The notes: a model not told the origin generated them from the sequence alone. A stretch of 64,000 nucleotides of DNA from an uncultured Patescibacteria group bacterium (GCA_905478415.1 CAJQIG010000004.1:139523-203522); one strand, 5' to 3'. Positions 11,754 to 21,300 are shown, counted from the first letter of the stretch. Translations and numbers: made by a program.

Positions 11754-12701
11754 AAAAAACGCAATTCTTAAAAAAAGTGTGTGCGATAAGTACAAGGGGT
11801 ATGAAATCTTGCCTACCTTCACCAACCACCCTGTAAGATGCTTAGCTCTTGCAACACAGTAACTACTCACCAGTATTGCCAAAAAACTATAGAAAAAGAG
11901 TGGGTATCTTGTAAACTTTAAAGCAAATAACGGATCAGTGCCATTTTGAATCAGCTGCAGGGCGTTTGAAATCGCATATCCTCCACTAAAGAGCCACCCA
12001 ACTAAAACCAAACCAGCAGTAGAGCGGTGAGCATCAAACCAGTGCCATATTTTTGGCAGATACATTCCAAGTACAAAATAAGCAATCCAGTTAGTCATCC
12101 AGAGATATTGCTCACCATCTTCGGCAAAGTACTTCCACGAAGTTACTGTTCTGCCTCCATAACTAAATATCCACCACCAAAGTAACTGAACAAAAACTGC
12201 CCCCAGCAACGTAGCCAGCGGCCATTTCTTAAATACCTTAAGAATGAGAGGAAAAAAGACATATAACTGAAACACCATTGGCACAAAATACAAATGATAG
12301 TCTGCCCTACCCAAAACTATCTTCCACAAAAGATTGGGCTGTTGAGTCAACGGACCCCACGAAGGAACGAAGTAAAAAAGTGCAGAAAAAATCCCGCTCC
12401 AAAGAATGTACAGAGGAAGTATCTTAAAGACCCTGCGTTTAAAAAAAGTTCCAAGTTCTAGTTTTTTCTTTGCATATCCACAATATAAACCATATCCCGA
12501 AAGTGCCACAAATAGAGGTACCGAAATCCGAGCCAACTGATCAAAAAAAATAGCTGCCAATTGAAATTTCGATTCATTCACAAATGGTGAAGGCTTACTG
12601 CTCGAAAGAATATGAATTAAAAGTACAGAAAAAATTGCAATGGCTTTAAGAAAGTTCGTACCCTCTCTACTTAAAGATGTTTTTGTCTTTTTGTTTCCCA
12701 T
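11739..12701 (-). CDS. Acyltransferase family 3 (membrane-bound)
   Basis: LKAIAIFSVLLIH, SVPLFVALSGY, YHLYFVP, SYPLYLSH. Confidence 0.88.
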   Translation of the reverse strand: MGNKKTKTSLSREGTNFLKAIAIFSVLLIHILSSSKPSPFVNESKFQLAAIFFDQLARISVPLFVALSGYGLYCGYAKKKLELGTFFKRRVFKILPLYILWSGIFSALFYFVPSWGPLTQQPNLLWKIVLGRADYHLYFVPMVFQLYVFFPLILKVFKKWPLATLLGAVFVQLLWWWIFSYGGRTVTSWKYFAEDGEQYLWMTNWIAYFVLGMYLPKIWHWFDAHRSTAGLVLVGWLFSGGYAISNALQLIQNGTDPLFALKFTRYPLFFYSFLAILVSSYCVARAKHLTGWLVKVGKISYPLYLSHTLFLRIAFFLLYL

Positions 12702-12713
12702 AGAAACTCAGTT

Positions 12714-13130
12714 CTACTGCCAAAGTCCCAAAATCAATCCAAACGAGACAAAAAGAATCAGCTGATAACCCGCTTGAATTAAGAAACGCGCCCAAGAAAC
12801 TTTTCTTGAATCATTATTCCACATAGCAGAAGCTGCAACCATTGGCATAATAAAAGCTGCCCAAATCCAGAGCGCATTTACTAAACCACTGGCTTCTTCC
12901 CAACCTTGAATATAGTATGCCAACACATACACCTGAAACAACGTCAATAAAAACTGAATGCCATATAAAGGCCCAGCACTCTTCTGCATCTCTTCCCGAG
13001 CTTTTTTATCTTTTGCATTGACACCTAGAATCTCCATCCATTTTTTTCCGAATAAAGGACCATACCACAGTGCCCCAAGCACCATCGACCAAATAGCACA
13101 TACAAGAACTGCGATAAAATTTATTGTCAT
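12714..13130 (-). CDS. DUF1761 family membrane protein
   Basis: INFIAVLV...GALWYGPLFGKKWM; 4 TM segments. Confidence 0.85.
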   Translation of the reverse strand: MTINFIAVLVCAIWSMVLGALWYGPLFGKKWMEILGVNAKDKKAREEMQKSAGPLYGIQFLLTLFQVYVLAYYIQGWEEASGLVNALWIWAAFIMPMVAASAMWNNDSRKVSWARFLIQAGYQLILFVSFGLILGLWQ

Positions 13131-13185
13131 ATAGGTTTTTATACCATATTTTATTCAGAGAATAAAACCCACAAAAATCAACATA

Positions 13186-14187
13186 CTACCGTAACGGCTT
13201 GTTACCTGAAATAACCATATGAGTTGCGGGAAACGGAAGAAGTTCTAAAGTACCGGCTTGATTTTGTTGATATAAGTTCACTTGCCCTTCCAACCAATTT
13301 GACAGCATATACTGGTTGGGATCTGGCTCAACTTGCACATTCTCGAATCCTGCTACCTCTAAAATATCCTTTGCCTCGGCTAAGGTCCAATACGAGTATT
13401 TTTCGTGAATTTCATTCTTCCAGTTATTAGTATATTCTTTGCGCATATAAAATTCATACGCCCATTCTGGCTCTAGTACAATGAGTGTTTTGCCATCTAT
13501 CGTAATTTCTTCAAACGCAAATGCATTTCCTCCAGCAAATTCTCGATGAAACTGTTTGAAAAGTGCTAACGTAGAAAGTGACTGGTGTTCAATGGTAGTA
13601 TCTAGAGAAATCTGGTTCTGGTTTATCCCATTCGTTTCAGATAATTCCATCAGAATAGAACCCGTATTTTCAGGTTTTACAAAATCTCTAATCAATAATT
13701 GCCCCCCTGGTTGTAGCTCTCGAAACGAATTTTGAATAGCGGTCACCATTCGGCTTGCTCCGCCGCCAAATGAAGCAATCTCATGTCCACTAGTCGAATA
13801 GTACTTAATAGCTACTGAATCATCTGGAAATAGTTGTTCTGCTGCGTCACCAAAAAGAGTGGTAATTGATTGTTGTTGTGAAAAAAACTCTGAGTATGCG
13901 TGCGAAATATCTATCGCAAAGACTTGCGGTGAAACCCCAATACTCTCACATTCTTGCGCAATCCGTTCTGCTATGAGTCCTGTTCCAGATCCTGCATCGA
14001 CAAGTACCATGCCATCAAAAAAAATGTTAAAACGTGAGAAAAGACTAGCAACTTTGGCCTCTACTGCTGCATCCATTTTAGCGGTATACGTATCGTAATC
14101 CCGACCGTGGTTAGCAGACTCCATAGAATTTTTTGCTTCTGAAAAGGGAAATTTACTAGAAATTTGTTCAACACGTAGCATAGTCAC
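13186..14187 (-). CDS. Class I SAM-dependent methyltransferase
   Basis: LVDAGSGTG, AIDIS, LQPGGQLLIRD. Confidence 0.85.
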   Translation of the reverse strand: MTMLRVEQISSKFPFSEAKNSMESANHGRDYDTYTAKMDAAVEAKVASLFSRFNIFFDGMVLVDAGSGTGLIAERIAQECESIGVSPQVFAIDISHAYSEFFSQQQSITTLFGDAAEQLFPDDSVAIKYYSTSGHEIASFGGGASRMVTAIQNSFRELQPGGQLLIRDFVKPENTGSILMELSETNGINQNQISLDTTIEHQSLSTLALFKQFHREFAGGNAFAFEEITIDGKTLIVLEPEWAYEFYMRKEYTNNWKNEIHEKYSYWTLAEAKDILEVAGFENVQVEPDPNQYMLSNWLEGQVNLYQQNQAGTLELLPFPATHMVISGNKPLR

Positions 14188-14305
14188 TGCTTTTTTCTCA
14201 TTTTAGATGTGAAAAAGGTTTAGATTAAGTTCTCTCCCAAATCTTTAAATCTACAATTCTGATATAGAACCTCTATGGACTTTGAAAGCTTAAAACCGTT
14301 ATACA

Positions 14306-15484
14306 TTAATTAACAACTAATGTATAAACCTTTGAATCAGTTGCTCCTGCTGAATCAGTCAAAATAATTTCTGGATAGTATGTTCCCACCTCTTGGGCAG
14401 TTCCAAAAATCTCACACGTTATTCTTACTGATGCACCTCTGCTGTTTTGATTACAGTTCCCTAAAACTAGACCAGTAGGTAAGCCAGTAGCTGCCATTGA
14501 AAGAGTGTCCTGAAGGTCAGCATCCTGCCCTCTCACCTGAAAACTATAACTTTGTGTTGTCACTGTTGATGACAACCATGGAGTGGCGATTACAGGTGCA
14601 TTGTTACCTGTAATTGGTGTTGGTGAAGGGCTTGGCATTGGTGTTGGCGAAGGACTTGGCGTTGGTGTTGGCGAAGGACTTGGCGTTGGTGTTGGCGAAG
14701 GACTTGGCGTTGGTGTTGGCGAAGGACTTGGTGTTGGTGTTGGCGAAGGACTTGGTGTTGGTGTTGGCAGTGAATTCAAGTCAACAACGTTAAAATAGAC
14801 TCCAGTAAATTTTGCTCCTTGATCTTTATTTGCTGGATACTGAGCCTGGATCTCAACTTTATAAAAAGAAGCTCCATCTGGAATGTTTGTTTCCATAAAA
14901 CCAGTACTTGTCCATGCATGATTAGATCCAGTTCCAGTACTATCACTTACACTGAGTGGCACCCAAACTGGACTCCAAGGGCCATCTGCTGAATTAGACG
15001 AATAAATAGTTATGGTTGCTTGATCAATCCAACCAGTAACCCACTCTGTTTGAAACTGAAGAGTAGTATTTGCTGGATCTGCTTGAACGATCTGGTACAA
15101 ATAGGCATCGTACCCATTAATACCGAATCCATATCCCCCCTGACCATAGCCGCTTGCAAATCTTGCCGCAGTTCCACAATACAACTCATTAGCTCCACAC
15201 TTGCCAGAAACAATAACATCTGCGCTTGGATTCGATCTTTTTTGACTGATAGACCATAGGACCTCACCATTAGTATTTTTAGCTGTGTCTATAATCCAGT
15301 TATTTAAAGAAGCTGCATTAGTAACGACATCACTCCTAAACCAAGGGTTTAAAAGTAAATTCCCCTCAGGAAGAGTCCCCACTTGAACGGCCAGAACCGA
15401 TTTTGCATATAAAATAGCAGTCAATGAAAATATACCAATAAATACTACAAGTGATCTTTTAGCTATTGATATAAATGTATTCAT
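14306..15484 (-). CDS. Secreted protein with PT/PS-repeat linker and C-terminal Ig-like domain
   Basis: Signal peptide; (PTPSPSPT)n linker; NNAPVI...DAD...GLPTGL Ig-like motif. Confidence 0.7.
   Translation of the reverse strand: MNTFISIAKRSLVVFIGIFSLTAILYAKSVLAVQVGTLPEGNLLLNPWFRSDVVTNAASLNNWIIDTAKNTNGEVLWSISQKRSNPSADVIVSGKCGANELYCGTAARFASGYGQGGYGFGINGYDAYLYQIVQADPANTTLQFQTEWVTGWIDQATITIYSSNSADGPWSPVWVPLSVSDSTGTGSNHAWTSTGFMETNIPDGASFYKVEIQAQYPANKDQGAKFTGVYFNVVDLNSLPTPTPSPSPTPTPSPSPTPTPSPSPTPTPSPSPTPTPSPSPTPMPSPSPTPITGNNAPVIATPWLSSTVTTQSYSFQVRGQDADLQDTLSMAATGLPTGLVLGNCNQNSRGASVRITCEIFGTAQEVGTYYPEIILTDSAGATDSKVYTLVVN
14615..14769. repeat. 24-bp coding tandem repeat (~6 copies)
   Basis: ggtgttggcgaaggacttggcgtt units encoding the Pro/Thr/Ser linker. 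Confidence 0.9.
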
Positions 15485-15631
15485 TAGTTTGACCTTCTAT
15501 TCACTTTAAGTGATGTATATTAGTTTATATAGTACTGTCCGATAAGTATGTTTTCAAGTAGTAAATTATTTTTTGTCTTAATGTGAGTAGTACCTATTAA
15601 AGATGGATATGGGCATAGTAATTTTTTACTG

Positions 15632-15800
15632 GCGAGGAGAGTGGGATTCACGACTCGCTACAATCTATATCTTCTTAAGGAAGCTCGCATACACTAGGGT
15701 GACTCGCACAGTGTGCTCGTGTGCCCGTCGCGAACCATCTTCTGCATTCCTTGTTACGCACCGATATAAAAAAATAGGCATTAAGCCTATTTTTTTATAT
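15632..15800. mobile_element. Non-coding structured mini-cassette A2 (~170 bp), homologous to 55633..55807
   Basis: Left end is tRNA-3'-like (tggcgaggagagtgggattc); conserved block acgactcgctac...gaagctcgcat; terminal hairpin atataaaaaaataggc/gcctatttttttatat. Confidence 0.75.
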
Positions 15801-15830
15801 GCGGGGAGCGTGGGATGAAATTGGAACTTT
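15797..15830 (+). repeat. att half-site (distal junction of the integrated element)
   Basis: atatgcggggagcgtgggatgaaattggaacttt; exact reverse complement at 57636..57669; variants at 55089, 54354 and 59840. Confidence 0.85.
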
Positions 15831-15921
15831 TTTCTCTCGATAAAGTGAGGCCTATAAATAATTATCCAAATTTATCAATACTAATTACTATTCTTTTCAA
15901 GAATTAGATTATATATATTTT

Positions 15922-18246
15922 TTATTTCCACTTGATTTTCCCACATTCACATCTACGACTATTATTCGAAGTATCTTTAAATTTAGTTACTGATTTATTA
16001 CACTCATCACATTCAAAAAAATTGAGAGCTTTTTCGCAAGAATCAATTAATTTTTTTGCCTCAACCTTAATTACGCTATATTCATGTGATGAACGATTAC
16101 CCCAAGATAACAACAATCTACTTGATTGCTTCATTGATTTTACTGCATCTAAATATGGAATATAACTTTCAGATTCCTTTATTAGGAATGATTTTTCCAT
16201 ATCTGGAATTAAGTCTAGTAAAAACTCTGAAGCTACTCTTACATCATTTCGTTCTCTATGTTTGTATTTCATTCTTACTTCTAGTTTTTCACATAATACT
16301 GCAAGACAATTATCCATAATTTTTCTACAATTATTTCCAGCTGAAGTTGCGTCATTTGATAACTTTGATCTTGCATCATCAAATGAGAACGTGTTTTTTG
16401 AAAATTGAATTCCTATCTCTGGATTTTCCCAAGGTTTTAATGTTTCAAATTCCCATTTATCATTTTCAAGTTGGTGTCTTAACTCTATAAACCACTCTCT
16501 ATCATGCGTTAAAATAAGTATCTGTCTCTCAGAAAATTCTTTTTCCAAGAGCTCAGCTACTAGTCCTCTATGATTTCTATCAAAACTTACTATCACGTCA
16601 TCTAAGAAAATTGGAATGTCTTTTTCATTACTATTTTTTGCCATTGAAAGGAAAATACATAATCCCAAACTATTTCTATGACCTTCAGATAAAGTTAATC
16701 TCGGTGACTCTAATTCTTTTCCATAAAATTTAAGGCCAATTTCTATTGCTTTATCTGTGTCTGAAGGAAGATATAATTTTATATCCTCAATTTTCTCATC
16801 AGGATGTAATATTTCCCACATTCTCGAAATATCTGAAGATATCGTAGTAATTATTTCAACAGACTTTTTTCTAATTTGATTTCTTATTTCTGATTCAGTA
16901 CCAGTAATAAAATCAATTAATGTAGTAATTCTATCTCTTTCTTTTATTCTTTTTTCGTTATTAAGAACATCTTTAATACCTTCAATTGTATTTTTATCAT
17001 CGTATAATGCTTGTAAATCCTGAGGCGTATCTTTTTTAGATTCAATCGCAGCAATAATTATTGGTTTAAATGTAGAACTAATTAGTTCTAATTGGTCTAT
17101 AGTACAACTGTTTCTGAGTTCGTTGAGATTTAAACTTTTAAATGGTTCCTCAATTTTCAAATCATTATTTTCTTTCCATTTTTTTAAAGACTCTTGATCA
17201 AAGTTTATTGTTAATTGTTCTATACTACTAACAAGATTATTGAGGTTTTCACGATGTGTTTGAAGGATTGTCATTGACTGTTCTAATCTGATAATTTCAG
17301 AATAAATATGATCTTTAAATTCCGAAACTTTAATTAATTTTCCACAAGCTGGACAGTCAATTTCCTCTTTATCAACAATTTCTTGAATAAAGTTTTGAGA
17401 TGAGTTTAGAATGTCAAGTTTTTCTTTAATTAAAGATTCAGATGAGTTTGCAAGTTCAGATAAACTCTCTTTTGAATTTTGAATCAACTGTAATAAATCT
17501 GAACCAGAAATTTTTTCTATTATTGTATATTCAGCATTTTGATTGCCATTTTGATTTATTTTCTCTTTATTTATTTTGCCTAAATTAGACAAAAAATCCT
17601 CATCTATTTCAATTTCTACATTATCACTTGTTTTGTCTAACTCTTTTGCTATATTTAAAATTTCATCTATTGTTTGATCATTAAATAGTAAATTCCTGCT
17701 TTGAGCTGAATTTTTAATATCTGTGTTGATTCCACTCAAATTTGCTTCACTAGCAATATTTCTTGCCAATTTTCTTAAGTTTTCAGCAGATATTTCTAGT
17801 TCACCTAAACCCAATAGTGGTAATAACGTTGAATACTTATCTCCTTTACTGCCCTTAATAAAATTTGATATTTCATCTTGCCTCAAGATTATTGTATGAT
17901 AATTTAACTTGTTAAGCATGTTGTCTGGAGGGGTAATTTGAACTGAACCATTTGGTTCAATTTCTGCAGATATTTGTGATTGATCTGTGAAAGTTATTAC
18001 TACTTTGGCATTATTATCTGCACTCATGTGAGTGTTAATTATAGATTTTTCTTGTCTACGACCGCTATACTCATTTGTTAAATGTAAAATTTTTCCATCC
18101 TTTATAATATATTCCATGCCATCTACAAAAGATGATTTTCCTGATCCATTTTCGCCATACAATACTTTTGATTTTTTATTAAGTTTGAGCGATGTAAAAT
18201 CTGATGCACCTCTGAACCAAGATAAGTCAATGTTTTTAATTTTCAT
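15922..18246 (-). CDS. Rad50/RloC-like ABC ATPase with coiled coil, zinc hook and possible C-terminal HEPN-like domain
   Basis: Walker A GENGSGKS; CPACG hook; LSEGHR signature; FLDDVIVSFD; ILTHD; C-terminal GNNCRKIMD...GNRSSH and CxxC...CxC. Confidence 0.8.
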   Translation of the reverse strand: MKIKNIDLSWFRGASDFTSLKLNKKSKVLYGENGSGKSSFVDGMEYIIKDGKILHLTNEYSGRRQEKSIINTHMSADNNAKVVITFTDQSQISAEIEPNGSVQITPPDNMLNKLNYHTIILRQDEISNFIKGSKGDKYSTLLPLLGLGELEISAENLRKLARNIASEANLSGINTDIKNSAQSRNLLFNDQTIDEILNIAKELDKTSDNVEIEIDEDFLSNLGKINKEKINQNGNQNAEYTIIEKISGSDLLQLIQNSKESLSELANSSESLIKEKLDILNSSQNFIQEIVDKEEIDCPACGKLIKVSEFKDHIYSEIIRLEQSMTILQTHRENLNNLVSSIEQLTINFDQESLKKWKENNDLKIEEPFKSLNLNELRNSCTIDQLELISSTFKPIIIAAIESKKDTPQDLQALYDDKNTIEGIKDVLNNEKRIKERDRITTLIDFITGTESEIRNQIRKKSVEIITTISSDISRMWEILHPDEKIEDIKLYLPSDTDKAIEIGLKFYGKELESPRLTLSEGHRNSLGLCIFLSMAKNSNEKDIPIFLDDVIVSFDRNHRGLVAELLEKEFSERQILILTHDREWFIELRHQLENDKWEFETLKPWENPEIGIQFSKNTFSFDDARSKLSNDATSAGNNCRKIMDNCLAVLCEKLEVRMKYKHRERNDVRVASEFLLDLIPDMEKSFLIKESESYIPYLDAVKSMKQSSRLLLSWGNRSSHEYSVIKVEAKKLIDSCEKALNFFECDECNKSVTKFKDTSNNSRRCECGKIKWK

Positions 18247-18433
18247 CTTTTAGTAAATCTAATAACTTTCTACTTAGTTTTTCTGCTTGAGTTTTGCTAA
18301 TCTCATTTTGTTGCAACTCACCAGATAATTTATCAACTATTTCTGAAACAATTTTAGAACTTATGGTTTTCCCCTCTTTTGAAAGGTTTTCTACAGTTTT
18401 TTCTACAGTTTTTGATATTTGATTTTTATCCAT
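18236..18433 (-). CDS. Small protein translationally coupled to the ATPase (start MDKNQ)
   Basis: TATAAT 6 nt upstream of the ATG; overlaps the ATPase start. Confidence 0.55.
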   Translation of the reverse strand: MDKNQISKTVEKTVENLSKEGKTISSKIVSEIVDKLSGELQQNEISKTQAEKLSRKLLDLLKDEN

Positions 18434-18489
18434 ACTCAGATTATACCACCAGGCTTTTTGCCTGCATAACTTTTCCAACCCGTACTCTT

Positions 18490-18564
18490 CCCCCCGCCTC
18501 ACTTACTGCCCATCACATCTGAGCGAAGCGAAGATGTGATACCATTATGTTTCCTTGCGGGGGG
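18490..18564. other. Candidate single-strand origin (nested hairpin)
   Basis: Outer cccccgc/gcggggg arms; inner atcacatct-gagcgaagcga-agatgtgat; intergenic, upstream of rep. Confidence 0.4.
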
Positions 18565-18724
18565 ATACTATCTGTGGTTTACCACCAGGCTATTTGTACA
18601 AGATAACTTTATTTGAACTCTTTTGATCCTTTTATTTATATAAAAATATAGTATATTTATTTTTAACTTAGACGTGCAAACGTTCTAGAGCTGTTTTTAA
18701 GAGCTACATCCATGACTATACGTC

Positions 18725-18922
18725 ATGAAAACACTATCAGATCAATGCAACCACAAAAGTGGTGTTGAATCTGTTGCTTATAAAACAAAAAATAATTTTT
18801 CCAAACAAAAAACTCAGCAACAAATACAATCCCAAGAAGATATAGAAATAGAACGCTCTCAGTATTATTTAGGTCGAGCTCTTCATCGTTACTCACTCCT
18901 TCAAAAAGAAAGGAGTAAGTAA
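18725..18922 (+). CDS. Small hypothetical protein upstream of rep
   Basis: Stop overlaps the rep ATG (taatg); contains the rep Shine-Dalgarno aaggag. Confidence 0.45.
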   Translation: MKTLSDQCNHKSGVESVAYKTKNNFSKQKTQQQIQSQEDIEIERSQYYLGRALHRYSLLQKERSK

Positions 18923-19764
18923 TGTCATTAGAAAATGATGCTCAAAATATTCTTGGTGCAGTACCTTTAGGTACAAACAAAGAACCTAGTGTGCGTCAGC
19001 ACACTACTAGACTTGATAATACCGGCACAAAAGAACCACCAAAACCAAGAGGTTTTACAAAAAGTAAAATTATTCAAAGTGGCTCACTAATTGAAAGTTA
19101 TGAGTATGAAATACCACTTCGTTATGGTTTTACGCCAAAGCCAAGAGTAAAGACTGCTCGAAAGAAATCTGAAAGAAGTGCAGAACATAGAACTAGAACA
19201 ATAATTCGTGCAGTTAACAATATTAGAAGATTAACTCATCTAAACTTTTCAGAGTATGACAAGTTTCTGACTTTCACCTTTGCAGATACTTTTGAATTTG
19301 ATATTAACAAGCTTGATGAATGCTTACCATATTATAAAAAAGCAATGAGAAAGCTAAGACAGTGGTATCCAAATTTAAAGTATATTACAGTTCCAGAGTT
19401 TCAAAAAAGGGGTGCAGTTCATTACCACCTTTTGTGTAATATTCCTAAAATAAGACAGTCTGAAATGAAGAAAATATGGCCTTATGGTTTCTTCAAAGTT
19501 AAAGAAATTCATGGAACTACACACCTGGCATTTTATTTAGTGAAATATTTATCAAAAAGGTTTGATGATAAACGTAAACAGGGTCATAGATTATATTATG
19601 CCTCTCGTGGTTTAAAGCGTCCTACTACTTTGTATGGTCCATATGCTGAGGCTATTACTAATAAGCTCAAAAAGGATCATTCTAATGCTGTACAATATGA
19701 AACTAATTATGATACTGAACATAATGGAACTGTTGATTATAAACAGTTTGTGAAAGAAAAATGA
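18922..19764 (+). CDS. rep: Rolling-circle replication initiator (HUH endonuclease)
   Basis: Motif I KFLTFTF; motif II EFQKRGAVHYHLL; motif III FYLVKYLSK. Confidence 0.88.
   Translation: MSLENDAQNILGAVPLGTNKEPSVRQHTTRLDNTGTKEPPKPRGFTKSKIIQSGSLIESYEYEIPLRYGFTPKPRVKTARKKSERSAEHRTRTIIRAVNNIRRLTHLNFSEYDKFLTFTFADTFEFDINKLDECLPYYKKAMRKLRQWYPNLKYITVPEFQKRGAVHYHLLCNIPKIRQSEMKKIWPYGFFKVKEIHGTTHLAFYLVKYLSKRFDDKRKQGHRLYYASRGLKRPTTLYGPYAEAITNKLKKDHSNAVQYETNYDTEHNGTVDYKQFVKEK
18987..19021 (+). other. Candidate double-strand origin (dso)
   Basis: Hairpin tagtgtgc-gtca-gcacacta followed by ACTTGATAATA, matching the pC194/phiX174-type CTTG^ATA nick motif. Confidence 0.55.
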
Positions 19765-21281
19765 AAACTATTATTTATTGTCGTAAATCAACTGAAGAAG
19801 ATTCTAGACAAACTCAATCTCTTGGTACTCAACAACGTTTGTTAATTGATCTAGCCACTCGTGAGAATTTGGAAGTTGTTGATATTGTTAAAGAATCAAA
19901 AAGTGCTAAAGAAGATCATAATAGACCTTTGTTTGCCAACATGTTGGAAAGAATACAAAATGGTGAGGCTGATTCGATCTTAGTTGTTCACACTGATCGT
20001 TTGGCTAGAAATCTAATCGATGCTGGATATATTATTAAGTTGATAGAACAAGGATTCTTAAAAGAAGTACGTACGTTAACAAATGTCTTTTTTGATGCTC
20101 CATCTTTAACATACATGGGTTTTGATTTTGTTTATGCTGCCCATTATTCAAGAGACCTATCTGTAAAAGTTAAAGCCGGTAATGAAAGTAAAGTGCTAAA
20201 AGGAGAATATCCAAGCTATGCTCCAATTGGATACATAAATATAAAGCCAGGTAAAGGTATTAAGCCAGATCCAATCAGAGCACCATTTATTACAAGAGCA
20301 TTTGAACTATTTGCTACTGGTGAATACTCAGTTAAAACTCTAGCTAAAAAATTGGCTAGTGAAGGATATAGATCAAGAAGTGGTAAAAAAGTTGCTACCT
20401 CTAGTTTACATAGACAAATAACTAATCCTGAATACTATGGTGTTATTCGAAGAGATGAAAAACTATATCCTGGAAATCATAAACCTTTAATATCCAAACA
20501 ATTATTTGATGAAGTTCAAAAAAGGCTTGCAAATAAAAGTAGGCCAAAAAAGCAAAAGTATAATTTTGTTTTCAGAGATTTTCTAACATGTGGTGAATGT
20601 GGTTGTAAAGTTACTGCTGGAATTACTAAAGGAAAATATATTTATTACAGATGTACAAATGGAAAAGGTAAATGTACTCAACATAAAAAATATAGAAGTA
20701 AACAAAAAGTTACAGATGTATTTCAGGAATTTTTTGGAGGTTTCACTCTCGATCCAGAAAGAGCAAACAAATCATTTAATTTATATAAAGATTCATTAAT
20801 AAAAGAAGATAATTATAAAAAAGATAGTAAAGACGCAATTAAGCAACAAATCGCAAATCTAAAAAGAAAATTAATAAGGATTGAGGATATTTATATTGAT
20901 GAACAAATTTCTTTTGATCGTTATAACGAAAGAAAAACTGAATTTGAAAATGAACTTGCTCAATTAAAAGTTTTATCTAAACAAAAAAATAATGTGGGGA
21001 CTCTAGAAACTTTGGAACTTGTTGAAGAAGTAAAAAATAGCTCGGTACAGCTGTCTAAAATTTTTGAAGAAGGAGATGACGAGGTAAAAAGAGATTTATT
21101 AAAATCTGTACTTTGGAACTGCGAATTTAAAGATGGAAAAATTACTTCTACCAGACTAACTAAATTGTGGAAACCACTTGAAAATCTTAATGATTCTCAC
21201 AATTTAGAAAAATGGCGGAGGGAGCGGGATTCGAACCCGCGGTATCTTGCGATACGGCAGTTTAGTAAACTGCTGCACTAG
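19761..21281 (+). CDS. Large serine recombinase (resolvase + recombinase + Zn-ribbon + coiled coil)
   Basis: IYCRKST catalytic Ser; DRLARN; APIGY; NPEYYG; HKPLIS; CGECG...YYRC; C-terminus WRRERDSNPR is tRNA antisense. Confidence 0.95.
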   Translation: MKTIIYCRKSTEEDSRQTQSLGTQQRLLIDLATRENLEVVDIVKESKSAKEDHNRPLFANMLERIQNGEADSILVVHTDRLARNLIDAGYIIKLIEQGFLKEVRTLTNVFFDAPSLTYMGFDFVYAAHYSRDLSVKVKAGNESKVLKGEYPSYAPIGYINIKPGKGIKPDPIRAPFITRAFELFATGEYSVKTLAKKLASEGYRSRSGKKVATSSLHRQITNPEYYGVIRRDEKLYPGNHKPLISKQLFDEVQKRLANKSRPKKQKYNFVFRDFLTCGECGCKVTAGITKGKYIYYRCTNGKGKCTQHKKYRSKQKVTDVFQEFFGGFTLDPERANKSFNLYKDSLIKEDNYKKDSKDAIKQQIANLKRKLIRIEDIYIDEQISFDRYNERKTEFENELAQLKVLSKQKNNVGTLETLELVEEVKNSSVQLSKIFEEGDDEVKRDLLKSVLWNCEFKDGKITSTRLTKLWKPLENLNDSHNLEKWRRERDSNPRYLAIRQFSKLLH

Positions 21282-21300
21282 GCCACTATGCGACCCCTCC
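21213..21300 (-). tRNA. tRNA-Ser with anticodon ACT; CCA encoded
   Basis: GGAGGGG...GCAGT-TTACTAA-ACTGC, long variable arm, GGTTCGAATCC, ...TCCCTCC-G-CCA. Confidence 0.88.

Larger units (their letters stand above)
15801..21218. mobile_element. Integrated rolling-circle element (serine recombinase + HUH Rep + ATPase cargo) at the tRNA-Ser(ACT) 3' end
   Basis: Visibly AT-rich; GCGG core at both ends (15801 and 21215); recombinase ORF runs into the tRNA antisense strand. Confidence 0.88.

Noticed and set aside
14615-14769. 24-bp tandem repeat as a regulatory or mobile repeat
   Set aside because: It is in-frame and encodes an ordinary Pro/Thr/Ser linker.
14190-15629. PT-repeat gene as a further cassette of array A
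   Set aside because: No half-site found near its distal end.
15630-15649. Additional or split tRNA gene
   Set aside because: Only a 3'-end-like 20-mer is present, without the full T-loop or a 5' half; treated as an att-type site.
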